A stretch of 64,000 nucleotides of DNA from Gemmatimonadales bacterium (GCA_038212625.1 JBBQUH010000005.1:31483-95482), one strand, 5' to 3'. Shown: positions 47,667 through 57,385, counted from the first letter of the stretch. Made by a program: numbers and translations. The notes: generated from the sequence alone by a model not told the origin.

Positions 47667-48732
47667 GACGGCCACAGGATTCAATGTGCGCGCGCACCTG
47701 CAGGCGGGGGTGGTGATTCCGGCGCATCCGCTCGCGCTGACACCGCTGCGCACCATGGACGAGCGGCATCAGCGGGCGCTCACTCGGTATTATGTGGCGG
47801 CCGGCGCCGGTGGCATGGCGGTGGGGGTTCACACCACGGGATTTCCCATTCACGACGCGAAGAACGGGCTCTTTCGCCCCGTGCTGGAACTGGCGGCCGA
47901 GACGGCCACCGCTGCACTCGGCGCCTCGCCGCGTGACTTCGTGCGCGTGGCGGGCCTGCTCGGCAATACGCACCAAGCCGTGCTCGAGGCGCAAATCGCC
48001 CGCGCGCTGGGCTATCATTGCGGGCTCTTGTCGCTGGGCGCGTGGCGCGACGCCACCGACCAGGCGATCCTCGCTCACTGTTCGCGTGTGGCCGACACAA
48101 TTCCGCTCTTCGGCTTCTATTTGCAGCCAGCGGTGGGCGGGCGGCGGTTGTCGTACACGTTCTGGCGGGAATTCGCGGAGATCCAGAACGTGGTGGCGAT
48201 CAAGGTGGCGCCGTTCGATCGCTACGCGACCCTCGACGTGGTGCGCGCCCTCGCCGATGCGGGCCGTGATGACATCGCGCTGTATACGGGCAACGATGAT
48301 GCGATCGTCCCCGACCTGCTCACGGATATCCCGGTGACGAGCGGTGGCCGCGCCTATACGCGTCACTTCGTGGGTGGACTGCTGGGCCAATGGGCGGTCT
48401 GGACGTCGCGTGCCGTGGAGCTACTACAGGAGATTCACGCCTGGCGCGCGTCGGGCGTCGAGACCATCCCCCGTGCGTGGCTCACACGCGGCGCGGCACT
48501 GACCATGGCCAACGCCACGATCTTTGATGCGGCGCACGCGTACCAGGGATGCCTGCCTGGCATTCTCGAAGTGCTGCGCCTGCAGGGCCTGGTGCGCGGT
48601 ACGTGGACGTTCGACATCCACGAACAATTGTCAGTGGGTCAGGGCGAAGCCATCGCTCGGCTTTCGGCGGCCAATCCGGAGTTCGTGGACGACGACTTCG
48701 TGGCCGAGCGGCTCGACGACTGGCTGCGCTGA
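47653..48732 (+). CDS. Dihydrodipicolinate synthase-like aldolase family protein
   Basis: VIPAHPLAL, AVGVHTT, FYLQPAVGG, AIKVAPF (Schiff-base Lys), LYTGNDD. Confidence 0.82.
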   Translation: MENSETATGFNVRAHLQAGVVIPAHPLALTPLRTMDERHQRALTRYYVAAGAGGMAVGVHTTGFPIHDAKNGLFRPVLELAAETATAALGASPRDFVRVAGLLGNTHQAVLEAQIARALGYHCGLLSLGAWRDATDQAILAHCSRVADTIPLFGFYLQPAVGGRRLSYTFWREFAEIQNVVAIKVAPFDRYATLDVVRALADAGRDDIALYTGNDDAIVPDLLTDIPVTSGGRAYTRHFVGGLLGQWAVWTSRAVELLQEIHAWRASGVETIPRAWLTRGAALTMANATIFDAAHAYQGCLPGILEVLRLQGLVRGTWTFDIHEQLSVGQGEAIARLSAANPEFVDDDFVAERLDDWLR

Positions 48733-48818
48733 ACCGGCGGCACCCGCCCAGTTTCCGGGTAAATCTGTGGTACAGCTCTTCGCAGTTTGGTACAGCCCCG
48801 CAGCACGGCAGTTCGCGG

Positions 48819-49310
48819 TCAGGCGAGCAGCTTGGCGTGCCAGCTATCAGCGGCGGGCCGTTCGAAGCCGTGGCGCCAGTCGCCCGCGTTGATCACGGTG
48901 GTGTCGAAGACCGGCGAGTGCGCGGCTATTTCCCCAGCGCGCGCCGCTGCACGGAACGATGGGCGATCGCCCGACGACACCGTGCCTGCGCCGTCGCGCC
49001 AGAACACCACGCTGCCGCCTACCAGCGATGTCCCGACCGTCGCTTCCACATCGCGGAGTGCATGGAAGAGCCCGTCGATCGAACACCCGGAAGCCCCCGT
49101 AGCCGCCTCATCCACCCCGATGGCGAGAAACCGATCGTCGCGCCAGTCCCGCGCACACCGTAGCGGCACGCCGTGGGCGCGCCACCCGGCCAGATGCGCG
49201 TCCACGGTGGCCAACAGCGTATCGCGGGCGGCCCCGGTCACCGGGGCCGCCGCGCCGAACACCCACACACGCGCCGCGTCTGGCAGCGTCGAAAAATCGA
49301 CATGTGGCAT
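48819..49310 (-). CDS. Conserved hypothetical protein (W.AHG / ASGCSID motifs)
   Basis: LP..ARVWVF, WRAHG.PL, GVDE...GASGCSID. Confidence 0.7.
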   Translation of the reverse strand: MPHVDFSTLPDAARVWVFGAAAPVTGAARDTLLATVDAHLAGWRAHGVPLRCARDWRDDRFLAIGVDEAATGASGCSIDGLFHALRDVEATVGTSLVGGSVVFWRDGAGTVSSGDRPSFRAAARAGEIAAHSPVFDTTVINAGDWRHGFERPAADSWHAKLLA

Positions 49311-49322
49311 CGTCGATCCCCC

Positions 49323-50279
49323 TTACTTCACAGCGCCGGGCAACTGCAGCATCGGCATCGCGCCGCCGGTCACCTGCGGCATCTGCCCATTCCAGCGCTT
49401 CGCCATCTCATACTGCACCAGACTGCCCGTGATGCTGCGCGAGAGCAGTTCGTTGGCCTTGGCTTGCGCTTCCGCTTCCGTCAAAATTGCTTTTGCACGA
49501 CCCGCCGCCTTGATGCTGTCACCCTGCGCCTGGAACGTGTTCTTCTGCAGCTCGTTCTGCGCCGTCAGCGCCTGCTGTTGCATCACATTCTTGAGCGAGA
49601 TCGCGTCCATCACCGCCTTGGGCGCACGAAACTCATTGAGTGTGAACTGCTTCACCTCGATGCCGTACGGATCGAGACGCTTCTGCAGCATCGCCTGAGT
49701 GCGCGTCACCGCCTCCGCCTTTTTGGGGCCGAGAATGGCCGCAATTTCCTCGTTGCCGACGACTTCCTGCAGCGACTGCCGGATCGCCTGCTTGATAAAG
49801 CCATGCGAGATCGTCTTCACATCCGTGCGGAACGTTTGATACAACTCCGGCACCTTGCCCGGCAGCAACTCAAAGGACATCGACACATCCAGCGATAAGG
49901 GCTGCCCTTCGACCGAGTTCACGTTGATCTCGTCATTGGTCGGCGATCCCTCATTCGACTCCCGCGTGAGCACGAGCGTTTGCATGAACGTGGGGTATTC
50001 CTGAATCGCCGTCATGATGGGATTGCGCAGATGGAAGCCCGGGCCCAGCGGCGCCGGATCCACGCCACCGCCGCCACGACGGATCACGATGCCCACGTGC
50101 CCCGGTTCGATATAGGCAACGCTTGGGCGCACCACGAGGACCAGCCCGATCAGCACCACAAACGCGATCGCGAGTTTCTTGATCAGACCGGCACCATCCC
50201 CGCCACCCGGCATACTCGTGAGTGGATTACGCATGGAGCCGCGCAAACCGGCCAGTGTTTCGTCAAGCGATGTAGCCAT
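49323..50279 (-). CDS. SPFH/band 7/prohibitin family membrane protein
   Basis: N-terminal TM, IEPGHVGIV, GFHLRNP, coiled-coil AEAQAKANELL, KRWNGQMP. Confidence 0.9.
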   Translation of the reverse strand: MATSLDETLAGLRGSMRNPLTSMPGGGDGAGLIKKLAIAFVVLIGLVLVVRPSVAYIEPGHVGIVIRRGGGGVDPAPLGPGFHLRNPIMTAIQEYPTFMQTLVLTRESNEGSPTNDEINVNSVEGQPLSLDVSMSFELLPGKVPELYQTFRTDVKTISHGFIKQAIRQSLQEVVGNEEIAAILGPKKAEAVTRTQAMLQKRLDPYGIEVKQFTLNEFRAPKAVMDAISLKNVMQQQALTAQNELQKNTFQAQGDSIKAAGRAKAILTEAEAQAKANELLSRSITGSLVQYEMAKRWNGQMPQVTGGAMPMLQLPGAVK

Positions 50280-50523
50280 GGACTGCCTCCTTATAACAAT
50301 GCGGACACAGCGGCTCGCCAGTCGGCAAGCGCACGAGATCCCCGTCGCGTTGTAACCCGTGGATGGGGCACGTCAGATCGGCCTCACGGTCGATCCGTTT
50401 CCGGTTCGCAGTTTGTCGAAACCGCCGGCCGAGTGGCGTGATGCCCAGCGCCGTGACGACAAGAGCGCTCGCCACCGCCAACAAGGCGATGAAGATGACG
50501 CTCTCGAGAAGGATGACGTTCAT
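50263..50523 (-). CDS. Small membrane protein with putative Zn-ribbon
   Basis: N-terminal TM helix; CPIHG...CPHCY. Confidence 0.65.
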   Translation of the reverse strand: MNVILLESVIFIALLAVASALVVTALGITPLGRRFRQTANRKRIDREADLTCPIHGLQRDGDLVRLPTGEPLCPHCYKEAVHGYIA

Positions 50524-50596
50524 AGATTACTGAATACTACGAGGTGGACCGCGCGAAGTGTCACTGACGGCCAATCGGTGCCCCACCCGGACCCCC

Positions 50597-51970
50597 CTAG
50601 CGCCCCAACTCGAAGCGCAGCATCCCCTCGAGATCGGGGAGCCGCCAGACAAACCCCGCCGCTTGGAGCGCGCGCGGCGCCACGCGCTGGCTCGCGAGCA
50701 CCGTCAGGTTTGCCATTTCCTCGCCGAGGAGCAGGCGAAGCGCAAACGCCGGGACCGAGGCAAACGCCGGTCGTGAGAGCACGTCGGCGAGGATACGGGT
50801 GAAGGTCGCGTTGGTCACGGCTTCAGGCGCCACCAGATTCACCGGGCCGCGGACCTCGTCACGCATCAGGCACCAGTGGATGGCCCCGATCTCGTCATCG
50901 AGCGCAATCGGGCTCACCCACTGCGCCCCGGGGCCCAACGTGCCGCCCGCGCCTACGCGGAACAGCGGCGCCTGCGTACCCAGCGCGCCACCGGCCGCCC
51001 CCTGTACGATGCCTGTGCGCAGGTGCACCACCCGAATGCCGGCCTTCTCGGCCGGCGCGGTGGCGCCTTCCCACGCCTTGCACACGTCGGCCAGGTAGTC
51101 GTCACCCGGCGCGCTTCGCTCGTCGAGCAGCTCGTCGCCTCGGCTGCCGTAGATGCCGATGGCCGACCCACTCAACAACACGCGCGGCTTACGATCGAGC
51201 TGCGCGAGCGTGTGCGCCAACAAGGAGGTACCCTCCACCCGGCTGGTCTTGAGCGCGGCGCGATGCTCGGCATTCCACCGTTCGGCAATCGACGCGCCGG
51301 CCAGATGGATGACCGCGTCCACCCCCTCGAGCGCTCGCGGATCGAGCTGTCCGCGATCGGGGCTCCACTGCACATCCACCACGCCCGGGCGCGGAGCGCC
51401 GCGACCGATGCGTACCACGTCATGCCCACCCGTGGACAGAAAGGCGGCCAGCTGCGTGCCGATGAAGCCCGTCGCGCCGGTGATTGCAATGCGCAACCGC
51501 GGACGATCGGCGAACTCGGCGTGCCGGGCGAGGTCGCCCGCCATCAGGGAGTGCCGATAGGCAAACACCCGGGCCAGCGTGTCGGCGGAGTAGCCGCCGG
51601 CGACGGCCTGCCCAAGCGCCCCCAGCGGGAGCGCATACTCGATGTGATCGTCGAGCACACTGGCGCCGGGGCCATCGGCGCGGAAGGCATGCGTGTGCAC
51701 CCAATGGGCGAACGGCCCGCTCACCATCACGTCACGGAACTGCGCATTGGCGATGTAGTCCTGATGCTTCAGACGCCACGTGGTCGGAATGGGGCCCGCG
51801 TGCACCTGGAGCACGACCTTGGCGCCGTCCCGGATTCCCCCGGTCTGTTCCAGAACTTTGGGCTTGTCCCACGGCGGCGAAAGCCGTTCAAAGGCACCCG
51901 GACGCTCGTGCCACCCGAACAGCGTCTCCACAGGCACCGGCACCCGGATGGTCTTGCGAAATTCCTGCAT
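50597..51970 (-). CDS. TIGR01777 family NAD-dependent oxidoreductase fused to an SRPBCC/cyclase domain
   Basis: F.WHERPGAF.RL.PPW, GPF..W.H.H; then ITGATGFIG, VIHLAGA, LRTGIV. Confidence 0.9.
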   Translation of the reverse strand: MQEFRKTIRVPVPVETLFGWHERPGAFERLSPPWDKPKVLEQTGGIRDGAKVVLQVHAGPIPTTWRLKHQDYIANAQFRDVMVSGPFAHWVHTHAFRADGPGASVLDDHIEYALPLGALGQAVAGGYSADTLARVFAYRHSLMAGDLARHAEFADRPRLRIAITGATGFIGTQLAAFLSTGGHDVVRIGRGAPRPGVVDVQWSPDRGQLDPRALEGVDAVIHLAGASIAERWNAEHRAALKTSRVEGTSLLAHTLAQLDRKPRVLLSGSAIGIYGSRGDELLDERSAPGDDYLADVCKAWEGATAPAEKAGIRVVHLRTGIVQGAAGGALGTQAPLFRVGAGGTLGPGAQWVSPIALDDEIGAIHWCLMRDEVRGPVNLVAPEAVTNATFTRILADVLSRPAFASVPAFALRLLLGEEMANLTVLASQRVAPRALQAAGFVWRLPDLEGMLRFELGR

Positions 51971-52069
51971 GCTGCTGCCTCACTCCGAATCGAGAACCCG
52001 CGCCGCTCTGCTACAGGGCAACGGTCGCCCACGGCCGCCGGTTCCGCGGGCGCGAGCGAGCGGGACTGC

Positions 52070-52663
52070 TTACATCGTGGCGCTGAACATGATGTGCGCC
52101 TTTGGTGTGCCCGGCAGCATCAGCCACGGCTTGGTATCCGACGGCGTCGTGGAGAGACCGGTGCTTTGCGCGGTCGCGAACGGGATATACACCACAAAGA
52201 GCGCACGACCACCGGTAACCGTGCCGGTCGCCATGTTGAAGGCGTTGCTGGCGCCGAAAATCTGGTAAAGCGACGCAGGCGCAACGGGCATGATGAGCTT
52301 GCCCGACTTTACTTCGGCGAAACGCACCGTATCCACCTGCGTTCCCTTCACCCCTTCCGCACGAAGCGACCGGCCACGCGCCATGAACGGATCCATCGAG
52401 ATGTGATAACAGGACACATGGAACTGCTCCTCCGCCGGGTCATCAGCGAGGCACAACATCCCGTTTTTGACCGGACGCAATTCCTCGAGCTTGCCGGGCA
52501 CCTTATAGCCCAGCACGCCCGCGCCGTCGCGCATCTCCTTGGGGAGCGCCTGCACCGCCGCCGCGATCTGCTCGGCGGCCGGCGGCGGCGTTTGCGCCAC
52601 CATCGCGGATGGCACGAGAAGCAACGCGGAGGACGCGACCAATCGAATCGTGGAACGGAGCAT
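52070..52663 (-). CDS. Secreted hypothetical protein
   Basis: Signal peptide MLRSTIRLVASSALLLVPSAMVAQ; CLADDP, SCYH, WLMLPGTPKAHIM. Confidence 0.65.
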   Translation of the reverse strand: MLRSTIRLVASSALLLVPSAMVAQTPPPAAEQIAAAVQALPKEMRDGAGVLGYKVPGKLEELRPVKNGMLCLADDPAEEQFHVSCYHISMDPFMARGRSLRAEGVKGTQVDTVRFAEVKSGKLIMPVAPASLYQIFGASNAFNMATGTVTGGRALFVVYIPFATAQSTGLSTTPSDTKPWLMLPGTPKAHIMFSATM

Positions 52664-52717
52664 GAAGAGATCCCCAGAAGAAGGCGAGTCATCGCATGTG
52701 GTGGCAGGCGATTGGTG

Positions 52718-53419
52718 ATGCCATATTCTACGGCACCTATGGCATCCTCCACAAATACTGCAGCCCCCTCCGACGCGCTGGCGCTCTTCGCGCGCAAGCT
52801 CGCGCACGATCTGAACAATTTCTCCACGGTGGTCCGTACGTACAGCGAACTTCTGCTGGCGGACCTGCCACCGGAGAGTCGCTACCGGCCGGACGTGGAG
52901 GAAATCCATCGGGCATCAGACGCGATGGTGCAGTATCTCCAGCGCGTCACGCGCTTCGCGCGGGTGGGTGCGATGCGGCGGGTGCCGGTCGACGTCATGG
53001 CTGGCGTCGTCGACGCGGTGGAGACGCTGCGGACCGAGGCCCCCGAGCGCGCGGTACGCGTGGAGGGCAGCACGATCACCCCATTGGCCGCCGACGTGCT
53101 CTGGTGGCGTGACGTTCTCGTGGAGTTGCTCCGCAACGCGCATGAGGCGTCGCCTGCCGGCGATACGCTGGTGGTGCAGGTGGCCGTAGTGGAGGGGGCG
53201 CTCGAACTGTCGGTGCAGGACTCCGGACCGGGCCTCCCGGCCGAGCTATTTAACAGCGTGACCGCGCCCTTTGTAACGTCCAAGCATGGCGTCCGCGGGG
53301 CAGGACTCGGGCTGGCGCTGGTCAGCGCCTTCGTCGGGTCGCTGCAGGGCTCACTCACGTTCTCCCACGGTACGACCGGCCACACCGTCACGTTGCGGCT
53401 CCCCCTCAGCACCGAGTGA
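52718..53419 (+). CDS. Short histidine kinase lacking an input domain
   Basis: LAHDLNN H-box, ELLRNA, DSGPG, FVTSK..GAGLGL; only the 3' part of ORF 50876..53419 looks real. Confidence 0.8.
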   Translation: MPYSTAPMASSTNTAAPSDALALFARKLAHDLNNFSTVVRTYSELLLADLPPESRYRPDVEEIHRASDAMVQYLQRVTRFARVGAMRRVPVDVMAGVVDAVETLRTEAPERAVRVEGSTITPLAADVLWWRDVLVELLRNAHEASPAGDTLVVQVAVVEGALELSVQDSGPGLPAELFNSVTAPFVTSKHGVRGAGLGLALVSAFVGSLQGSLTFSHGTTGHTVTLRLPLSTE

Positions 53420-53448
53420 GCCGCGACGCCCGCACCACGTCCGCGCCG

Positions 53449-54564
53449 TCAGACGTGCGCGGGCGTGGTGTGGGCGGTCTTCGTGGCGTTGAGGAGCGCG
53501 TCCGCCACGCGATCGAGTGGTAAAATGTCCACTGCCGCTCCAAGTTTCACCGCTTCCCGCGGCATGCCGTACACCACGCAGGTGTCTTCATTTTGTGCTA
53601 CGGTGTACGCGCCCGCTTCACGCATGGCGAGCATTCCTTTGGCGCCGTCGGCGCCCATGCCGGTGAGAATGGCCCCGACCGCATTCCGGCCGGCGCTGCG
53701 CGCGACGCTTTGGAACAGCACATCGACGGCAGGGCGCTGATGATGCACCTTGGGGCCGTCCTTCACCCTGGCGACCCAGCGTGCGCCGCTCGCCTGCAGC
53801 ACCAGATGCTTGCCGCCAGGCGCGACGAGTGCCAAGCCGGGAACCACAAAGTCGCCGTCTTTGGCTTCCTGCACACGCATGGCGCACACCTGATCCAGGC
53901 GCTTCGCAAACGAGAGGGTAAAGTGCTCGGGCATGTGCTGCACAATCACCGTGCCGGGGCAGTCTACGGGGAAGCGGCGCAGCACGTGCTCGAGCGCCTG
54001 CGTACCGCCGGTCGATGCGCCCAACGCGATGATCTTGTTGGTGGCATTGAAGGTGGCAATGGCGGGTCGGGACGGCGCGCCGTCGACTGGCTCGATGCGT
54101 TTCGCAACCCGTGCGTGCGCTGCTGTTCGCACGGCACGCACGAGTTCTTCCGCGACCTCCCCCGCCGCGAGCGAGGATCCGGGCTTGGCGATGACCTCCA
54201 CCGCGCCCAGGGCGAGGGCGCGGAGCGCGGTCTCGCTGTTTTGCGGTGTCAGGGAACTCACCACCACCACCGGCAGGGGGAAGTGGCGCATGAGCTTGGA
54301 GAGAAACGACAAGCCATCCATGCGAGGCATTTCGATATCGAGCGTAATCACGTCCGGTCGCAGCTGGGCGATTTTCTCGCGTGCCACATACGGATCGGTG
54401 GCGGTTCCCACCACCTCAATATCGTCATGATGCGACAGTGCTTCGGACAGGATCCGGCGCACGAGCGCCGAGTCGTCTACGATGAGCACGCGTGTCACGC
54501 CCGGCTTGCGCAGCGAGCCGGCGGATGGGCCAACGGCCTGCGTCGTACTCAGCGCGAACGTCAC
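53449..54564 (-). CDS. cheB: Chemotaxis response regulator protein-glutamate methylesterase
   Basis: REC (VLIVDDS, TLDIEMP) plus GASTGG, QHMP, RPAVDVLF, LTGMGADGA. Confidence 0.96.
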   Translation of the reverse strand: MTFALSTTQAVGPSAGSLRKPGVTRVLIVDDSALVRRILSEALSHHDDIEVVGTATDPYVAREKIAQLRPDVITLDIEMPRMDGLSFLSKLMRHFPLPVVVVSSLTPQNSETALRALALGAVEVIAKPGSSLAAGEVAEELVRAVRTAAHARVAKRIEPVDGAPSRPAIATFNATNKIIALGASTGGTQALEHVLRRFPVDCPGTVIVQHMPEHFTLSFAKRLDQVCAMRVQEAKDGDFVVPGLALVAPGGKHLVLQASGARWVARVKDGPKVHHQRPAVDVLFQSVARSAGRNAVGAILTGMGADGAKGMLAMREAGAYTVAQNEDTCVVYGMPREAVKLGAAVDILPLDRVADALLNATKTAHTTPAHV

Positions 54565-55046
54565 GCGCCCGTCACCGCAAGCATTGCCTCGGCGTCGCCG
54601 AAAACAAACAGCGCTACACGGGCGCGGCCGTCTTCCACACCGAACTCGGTGCACGCCTGTGCCGCGTCGTGTTCGCGTGAAACCGCCGTGGCATCCTCGT
54701 GCACCTTGGGTGCACTCAAATGGAAAACCGCCTCCTGCCCCGCAATTACGGGCAGCACGTTGCCACAGATGACATTGGCCAGCTCGCCCAAGGCATCGCG
54801 CTGCAACTGCGGCTGTTTACCCTCGTGCTCTCCGAGCATGTTACTCGCAGCGAGCGGAAGAATCGACGTAGAGACTTCGAGCACCAGTCGGCCGTTGAAG
54901 GGCCCGCGGAAGTCGACCGACACCGCAAGACCGAGCGGCGCAGCGGTCTGCTCATCCGTCAACTGGTGCTCGGGAAAGAGCAATGCGAGCTCCTCAAAAG
55001 TCGCCGTCGTCGCTCGCGACAGGGACTGCACCATAGTACTCGGCAT
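54561..55046 (-). CDS. cheX: CheX/CheC-family chemotaxis phosphatase
   Basis: V.F.GPFNG.L.L, DALGELANVICGN (E-x2-N motif), FHLSAP. Confidence 0.8.
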   Translation of the reverse strand: MPSTMVQSLSRATTATFEELALLFPEHQLTDEQTAAPLGLAVSVDFRGPFNGRLVLEVSTSILPLAASNMLGEHEGKQPQLQRDALGELANVICGNVLPVIAGQEAVFHLSAPKVHEDATAVSREHDAAQACTEFGVEDGRARVALFVFGDAEAMLAVTGA

Positions 55047-55422
55047 CGTTCACTCCGGTGATTCGCAGGATGGTGTCACGCAGGGTTTCCGGCGCGAACG
55101 GCTTGCGGACGATCGCTGCGCCCAGTTCATGCAGCGCGGCCAGACGGGTTTCACTGCCTTCCGTGGAGACCACGATAACCGGCAGGTTTTCAGTTTCCGG
55201 TGCCGCGCGCAGACGCCGGAGCATCTCCTCGCCATTCATCACCGGCATGTTGATGTCCAGCAGCAGCAGGTCTACCCAGTGCTCCTGGAGTGCGAACAGC
55301 CCTTCTTCACCGTTAGCGGCCTCGAGGACCGTACCCAGCGGAAGGCCGCTCATCTTGAGGGTGCGAACGACCATCTGCCGCATGACGGCACTGTCGTCGA
55401 CCACGAGAACGTTAAAGGCCAT
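54994..55422 (-). CDS. CheY-like single-domain response regulator
   Basis: VLVVDDS, LLDINMPVMNG, VVSTE, RKPF. Confidence 0.9.
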   Translation of the reverse strand: MAFNVLVVDDSAVMRQMVVRTLKMSGLPLGTVLEAANGEEGLFALQEHWVDLLLLDINMPVMNGEEMLRRLRAAPETENLPVIVVSTEGSETRLAALHELGAAIVRKPFAPETLRDTILRITGVNDAEYYGAVPVASDDGDF

Positions 55423-55440
55423 AGGTCGGATTCCTGCGAG

Positions 55441-55956
55441 TCAGAGCTTGCTTTCGGCGCCGTTGATCTTGAGTGTGACCTCGCCACTGGCCACATCTAT
55501 CCACATCGTCCGGGACGTCTGCACGCCGCCGGTGTCATGCGCGTGCACGAGCACGCCGTTCTTCCACAGCAGTTTGCGGAGGGCGATCATGTTGCGTTTG
55601 CCGATCTGGAAGCGATCATCTTCTTCGCTTTGACCCGCGTGCGCTCCACCCGCCACCTTCACCTGCATGCGTTCTTTCTTGGCGCCCAACTTGTAGCATT
55701 CCTTGAAGAGCAGCGGCACGCCGCTGTCCACAAACATCGCTGGCTTATCCTGCATCTTGGCCAGATCAATCGTGCCCGTTGGCAGCATCACGTGCAGCAT
55801 GCCAGCCACCGAGGCCACCGGATCGTAGATCACGATGCCCAGGCAGCTGCCCAAGGCGTACGTAATCAGACGCTCGCCGGTGGTGGAGGAAACTTTGAGG
55901 TCGGCAACGCCAACCACGCGATCGGCGGCGCGCGCCGCAGCGAGGGTCGTAGCCAC
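55441..55956 (-). CDS. cheD: Chemoreceptor glutamine deamidase
   Basis: LGSCLG, GMLHVMLP, KVAGGA, IGKRN. Confidence 0.93.
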   Translation of the reverse strand: MATTLAAARAADRVVGVADLKVSSTTGERLITYALGSCLGIVIYDPVASVAGMLHVMLPTGTIDLAKMQDKPAMFVDSGVPLLFKECYKLGAKKERMQVKVAGGAHAGQSEEDDRFQIGKRNMIALRKLLWKNGVLVHAHDTGGVQTSRTMWIDVASGEVTLKINGAESKL

Positions 55957-55957
55957 G

Positions 55958-56797
55958 TTACTTCACGTAGACTGCAGGCTGCACATACCGAAACCGGTGT
56001 GTCAGTCCCGTCAGGCTCTCCGAATGTCCGACGAACAGGTGGCCGCCGGGACGCAGCAGCGCCCAGTACCGCTCCACCAGTTCCTGCTGGGTAGCCTTAT
56101 CGAAGTAGATCATGACATTGCGACAGAGAATGGCATCGAACGGTCCCTGCATCGGCCACCGTTCCATCAGATTCAGCTTAGCGAAGTGCACCAGCGAGCG
56201 GAGCGACGGCCCCGCTTCGTACACGACTCGCCCCTGAGCGTCCTGACCTTTCGCCCAGTACTTCTGCAACCATTGGTTCGGTACATCGCTCATGGTGTCA
56301 GCGGGGTACGCGGCAGTCTTGGCCGTCGTCAGCACCCGATGACTCAGGTCGGTGGCCAGAATCTTGACGTCTCGCTTCGCGCCCTCGCCGAACGCGTCGC
56401 GCGCCAACATCGCCAACGTGTAGGGCTCCTCCCCGCTCGAACACCCGGCGCTCCAGATGCGCACCGGGCCACGGAGTTCCGGAAAAATTCTCTCGCGCAA
56501 AAAGTCGAAGTGCGTCGCTTCCCGCAAGAAACTGGTTTTATTCGTGGTGAGAGCGTCGATCATCTCGGCGAACTCCTTCCGGCCAGGCTCCTTCTCGACA
56601 AACTCGAGATATGCGTCGAAATCCGCAAAGTTGAGCTTACGGAGTCGCTTGGCAAGCCGCGCCCGCACCAACCCTTCCTTGCCCTCGCGCATCCGGATGC
56701 CAGCATGCTCATGGAGCACGCGAGTGATCCGCGCGAACTGTGCAGCGGTCAGTTCGCATTCAGAAAGCAGTGTATTGGGCACAGTACGAACAGTCAT
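55958..56797 (-). CDS. cheR: Chemotaxis protein-glutamate methyltransferase
   Basis: TTNKTSFLRE, WSAGCSSGEEPYT, ILATD, CRNVMIYFD. Confidence 0.96.
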   Translation of the reverse strand: MTVRTVPNTLLSECELTAAQFARITRVLHEHAGIRMREGKEGLVRARLAKRLRKLNFADFDAYLEFVEKEPGRKEFAEMIDALTTNKTSFLREATHFDFLRERIFPELRGPVRIWSAGCSSGEEPYTLAMLARDAFGEGAKRDVKILATDLSHRVLTTAKTAAYPADTMSDVPNQWLQKYWAKGQDAQGRVVYEAGPSLRSLVHFAKLNLMERWPMQGPFDAILCRNVMIYFDKATQQELVERYWALLRPGGHLFVGHSESLTGLTHRFRYVQPAVYVK

Positions 56798-56828
56798 GAC
56801 CTGGAGCCGATGAGAGGATGTGACCGAA

Positions 56829-57329
56829 TCAGACCACGTGCGACTGCGCGACTTCGAGCGCATCGATTTCGCTCGTCACCAGCACCTTGTCGATATCGAT
56901 CAGCAGCTTCACGCGGCCACCGGTCTTGGCGATTCCGAGCAGGAACTCCGTGTGAATGCCGTTCCCAAAGCTGGGCGCATCCTCAATGTCGCTCTCGGCC
57001 ACCGCCACGACTTCGCTCACGCGATCGACCACAATACCGGTCTGAATGCCGCATAGCTGAACCACGATGATACAGCTGTCCTGCGTATCGTCGTCAGCCA
57101 TACCGAACTTGCGACGGAGGTCGGTAATCGGGATCACCTTGCCACGCAGATTGATCACGCCACGCACGAACTCCGGCATCCGGGGCACACGGGTGATGGG
57201 CTGCATGCCGATGATCTCGCTGACCTTGAGGATCTCCAACCCGTACTCCTCACCCGCAAGGAAGAACGTGAGGTACTTGCCGGCACGATTGGATGAGGCG
57301 GTGGTGCTGCTGTCTGTCTGCGTGCTCAT
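56829..57329 (-). CDS. cheW: Chemotaxis scaffold protein
   Basis: YLTFFL..EEYG, GVINLRGKVIPI, GIVVDRVSEV. Confidence 0.95.
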   Translation of the reverse strand: MSTQTDSSTTASSNRAGKYLTFFLAGEEYGLEILKVSEIIGMQPITRVPRMPEFVRGVINLRGKVIPITDLRRKFGMADDDTQDSCIIVVQLCGIQTGIVVDRVSEVVAVAESDIEDAPSFGNGIHTEFLLGIAKTGGRVKLLIDIDKVLVTSEIDALEVAQSHVV

Positions 57330-57385
57330 GGCTCGCTCGATGGTAAAGGGTGGATCCCGGCGACACGTCGTCCCCGTTCGGAGAG

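Noticed and set aside
50876-52717. N-terminal 600 aa of the 847-aa ORF 50876..53419
   Set aside because: Antisense to two real minus-strand genes; only the kinase part from about 52718 looks genuine
53593-56094. 833-aa plus-strand ORF
   Set aside because: Shadow of cheB-cheX-cheY-cheD; typical of high-GC open frames
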